From Lytechinus pictus (taxonomy: Eukaryota), in the NCBI RefSeq assembly GCF_037042905.1, contig NC_087245.1, positions 13,704,001 through 13,768,000 of the forward strand: a DNA stretch of 64,000 nucleotides. The letters are read 5' to 3'. The position numbers and the translations under genes were made by a program. Shown piece after piece: positions 60,517 through 64,000 of this stretch. The notes under the pieces are model-generated. The model was not told the DNA's origin. It worked only from the letters and a program-made list of their open reading frames with translations, and did not search any database. Every line of letters begins with the position of its first letter. Position 1 is the stretch's first letter.

Positions 60517-61061
60517 AGCTGTATCCAAGGCTAGATTACTCTATTGATTCAAATAGACCCCCTCATTCAAGAATCGATAGGAAGTTTATGCAAATGAAAA
60601 TCAAAATAAGATAATATGATTATGGTCATGTGTAGAATTATGTTATTCTCCTCAACCTTCAAATATGATAATACTTTGAATATTTTGACATAGAAAAATT
60701 GGTTTTTCTGTTGGCTCTCTACCCTCTATGTATAGCTCAGAATGAAACACAACATCGGTCATCACATTCTATTGCCCTATTATGCAAAGTATTGTGACAT
60801 CAGTTGTCATTTTATATTTATATAAATTTGATTTTCAAGACAGTGGTAGATATATGAAGATGCTTTCCTAAGGGGATGAAAGGTGTATACGCCACTATTC
60901 AACCATCGCAGTGTGATGTCCTTTTTTTTATTACTTGGGCCATCAGGTCATTCTAGAATGTACTTAATATACTTTTTGTGATAATTATTGTACATGTAGG
61001 TAGATATCATCCTCAAACCTGTGCTGTGATTGTATTAAATTAATAATTGCTAATATTGACT

Positions 61062-61583
61062 TTAAAGGGAACTCCACTCAGAAGTCACTTTCATGTAGTT
61101 TTATAAAATAAAAAAAAGAACAGACAAATGAAAGAAACATATTAATGAAGGTCTGGCAAATAACTCATAAAAGAACAACAGATTAATGATATTTTATTCA
61201 TTGTTGTGAAGTCGCATGTGAGGAGCTACTCTATATGTCATGTGATATGAATTTAATTGAATTCCATAAATTACCATTTTATCAGAAAATTAAAAAATAT
61301 GTTATCTGTGTACTCATTACATGATTAGAAACATCGCATCATGCTGTTCATCCTTCTACCAAATATTTTCAGTCATCATGAACCCTGTATAGAAATGGTA
61401 TTTTATGGAATGTATATTACACAACACATTGGGAGCTGCTAAAATATGATGTCACAAAATTAAAATGTTGAAAAAATTCACAACTCTGTTTTTTGCATTT
61501 TTGCAAAACCTTCATCAGTCAGCTTCTCTCATTTTATCCTTTTATTCATAAGCTACTTCACTTCAGGATGGTTTTCCCTTTAA
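61062..61583. mobile_element. Degenerate TTAA-flanked element related to 20034-20547
   Basis: ttaaagggaactcca ... tggttttccctttaa; shared gatgtcaca and aaaccttca blocks. Confidence 0.6.
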
Positions 61584-62808
61584 GGCTTTCCTGTTCGAGC
61601 AGCAGCGCAATGGCAGAATGTCTTTGACAAAGTCCAATATGAGATCAAGAAACTTTTGAGGGGCTTTTTGTATATAAATATTGTATCTGTAATTACAACA
61701 TGAAGAAAAATCATTGTATGTTTATCTCATGAAAATTTATTAGCGCATGTTCTGGATTGCATGTCAAGGATTTGTAACAAAATTAAAAGAAAAAATATTA
61801 AAAATGAATGACCGGTTACAAAATGAGGGAATGAATAGAGGATATGTTGGAGAGTATCTTTTAAGATCCATTGTATTTGTATTTTTATCTCTTTATTTTT
61901 ACTTTATTTACTTCATATATGATGATGTAGGATATATATATAATAGTTCTTGTATATTTATTTTTTCCAGAGAAACGTGAGGTGTAGACACCTTTGCAAG
62001 TCATAAGCCATTGGAAACTATCCTCAAGTAGTTTTGAATTGGCTACAAATTTAGTCTCTTGTAGTAGCATAGGTTTGATTTTCTTTCAAAACATGGTTAA
62101 GATGTGCTTAAGGTTCAGTTTTCTCAATTGTGCAATTAAACTATTAAAGATGCTGGGAAGCATGGAAACAAACCACAGAAGAACTTTTTCAATTGAATGA
62201 AGGTGACCAAAAATATGCGATGAAAAGGTTCTACAACATTATGCTTGACTAGGTCAAAGAACTTTTTTAAAAGTAATTTGTTCATTTTAAACACATTTCT
62301 TTTCACCATTTTGCTATTTTTTATTATAAGCTAGGGGTCATTTTATTACAAGGAAGATTTATTCTTGGGATCATATAAACATATGCACATTTCCACGATG
62401 GAAGATTTTTTTCAATGCAATATCAGTAGTCAAAATGGTAATACATACTTTTCATCAAACAGAAAAGCAGTAGAACAAGGAGAAAAGAGTTTAAATGTCA
62501 TTGGAATGAACCTCTATCATTATGTGTATGGCAGACTGTCATTGAGATCTGGTCAAAGAATTTTTTTTTTGTAAATTACAGAAGTTTTTAAAAGTTATTA
62601 TCTTGCAGAGTGGAACATGCTAGAAATGTGTTTGTACAGAGTATATACAATTTTGTTGTAGATAGATTTTAAAAAAATTGCTCTAATGAGATCATATTTT
62701 TATTACTGACTGTTCATTTTTATATGAATTTGAAGAGAAATATAAGATACTGATGTGACTCGTTATCAGTTTAAGATATGTCAACATATTTTTGTGTTCC
62801 CTGTGCTA

Positions 62809-62903
62809 CAGGGTGACCGAGAAAACAAACCCTTAAAACAAGTCACATTGAATTAAAATCAAAAGAGTCAGGATTTGCCAGTTTGTTTTTCTTGGGCACC
62901 CTG
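62809..62903. mobile_element. 95-bp Tc1/mariner-like MITE
   Basis: ta|cagggtgaccgagaaaacaaac ... gtttgtttttcttgggcaccctg|ta. Confidence 0.78.
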
Positions 62904-64000
62904 TAGAATCTATATGGGGTTGGTATATGTCTTTGCATGGAACGATGATGTGTTATATAGATTATGTGGACTGTGTAGAATCTCTTCAACTATTTGTTGT
63001 ACATGGCTCTCAGTGGACACAGTGTTGTTTTGGGAATCCCTTTCCTAGTTTGATGAATATGGTGTCCCCAAAATATTTTTAAATCCTATAGATTTCAGAG
63101 AGATATTGCATTTAGTATCATGTGAGACGATCCCATGTGTGTAATTTTGTCATGAGAAGCATCAAAGTTTGTGAAATACAGTAGATAAATAAGGCAAGGT
63201 TATTACCCAAGAGTATTATCTTCTCATTATTATGTCATGTTCATTTTGTCTTTTTAACAAAACAAGAAAATTGTATTATATTGACGAGTAATTTGTGAAT
63301 TGTACCAAAGTTATATATGAATATATATCTATTTTTTTTCTTTTTATGTGTTTTCATAGCAGCTTGAGATCATGACATTAGCAAGTTGCTTATTCTTCAG
63401 ATGAATTCATGTATCACACTTCATGGGATTCATTATCATATATATATATAGTAGCCATGACAACATGTGACTAAAATCTTTTGCTTTTGTGGACATCCCC
63501 CCCCCCCCCCGCCATCAATCAGTTTTGGGATATTGACAAAGCATATCATCACATTTATCTTTGACATTATATTATCATTAAATAGATGATTTATATCATA
63601 TTCTAACAGCTTTATAATTATTACATTTGTTCTGTTTTCATTTGATATTATTTCCAAAATGAATGCTAACAATCATGTTGTTTGGGGTGATAAAAAAGTC
63701 ATGGCAGTCATAGTTTTTTTTCAGTCTGGGTTAATCATTTTAATGGGATCAAATCGATATATTGGCAAGCTTCTTAGGTTTACACTATATTCATCTTCTT
63801 TTTTTTTCTTTTTTGTTTTGGATAAAGCCTGAAGTGATCATAGTTTAGAAACGTAAATTACACAAAACGTAAATTCAATACTTAGCCTTGAACAAAGCCT
63901 ATCCTGCACCTCCTCATCTAGCTTTTGGTGTGCTAATTATATTGAACACCGTGAAGAGTGAATTGCAGTGAGTAATTATTGGTATGTATTCCAATCTTAC

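Larger units (their letters stand above)
58706..63200 (+). other. Probable long CTDSP 3' UTR (end uncertain)
   Basis: No coding exons after the stop. Candidate AATAAA near 59572, 60244, 61107 and 63188. Confidence 0.4.

Noticed and set aside
58706..63200. miR-124 target sites, as known for vertebrate SCP1
   Set aside because: No GTGCCTT/TGCCTTA seed match noticed on reading; not verified computationally
1..64000. CRISPR arrays, operons or other prokaryotic systems
   Set aside because: The sequence is spliceosomal-intron-containing animal DNA; no regularly spaced repeat-spacer array was seen

Overview
Eukaryotic, AT-rich, intron-rich animal DNA. The repeat and gene content suggests a marine deuterostome, most likely a sea urchin (inference). 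Three spliced protein-coding genes were reconstructed by hand with GT-AG junctions and consistent phases. (1) The last four exons of a classical protein tyrosine phosphatase (+, 296-4445), which has WPT in place of WPD and a C-terminal -TSL. A young, 5'-truncated CR1-group LINE with an uninterrupted RT frame sits in the intron that splits its HC-x5-R motif. (2) A complete six-exon, 686-aa type-I membrane protein (-, 14150-8611) with a signal peptide, two divergent CUB domains, one TM helix and a long Ser/Tyr-motif tail. (3) A complete eight-exon, 258-aa small CTD phosphatase of the CTDSP/SCP family (+, 23754-58705). Interspersed are a Penelope-like GIY-YIG fragment carrying a minimal hammerhead ribozyme, three tRNA-derived SINEs, many MITEs (hAT-, Tc1/mariner-, TTAA- and Harbinger-like) and microsatellites. 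The best leads are the Penelope hammerhead, a miR-26-seed hairpin in the CTDSP intron equivalent to the vertebrate miR-26 host intron (speculative), an in-frame uORF whose stop abuts the CTDSP ATG, a dual-use splice site that could delete the CTDSP catalytic motif, and a sharply bounded ~20-kb domain saturated with the palindrome TACATGTA. Most short ORFs in the supplied track are spurious.
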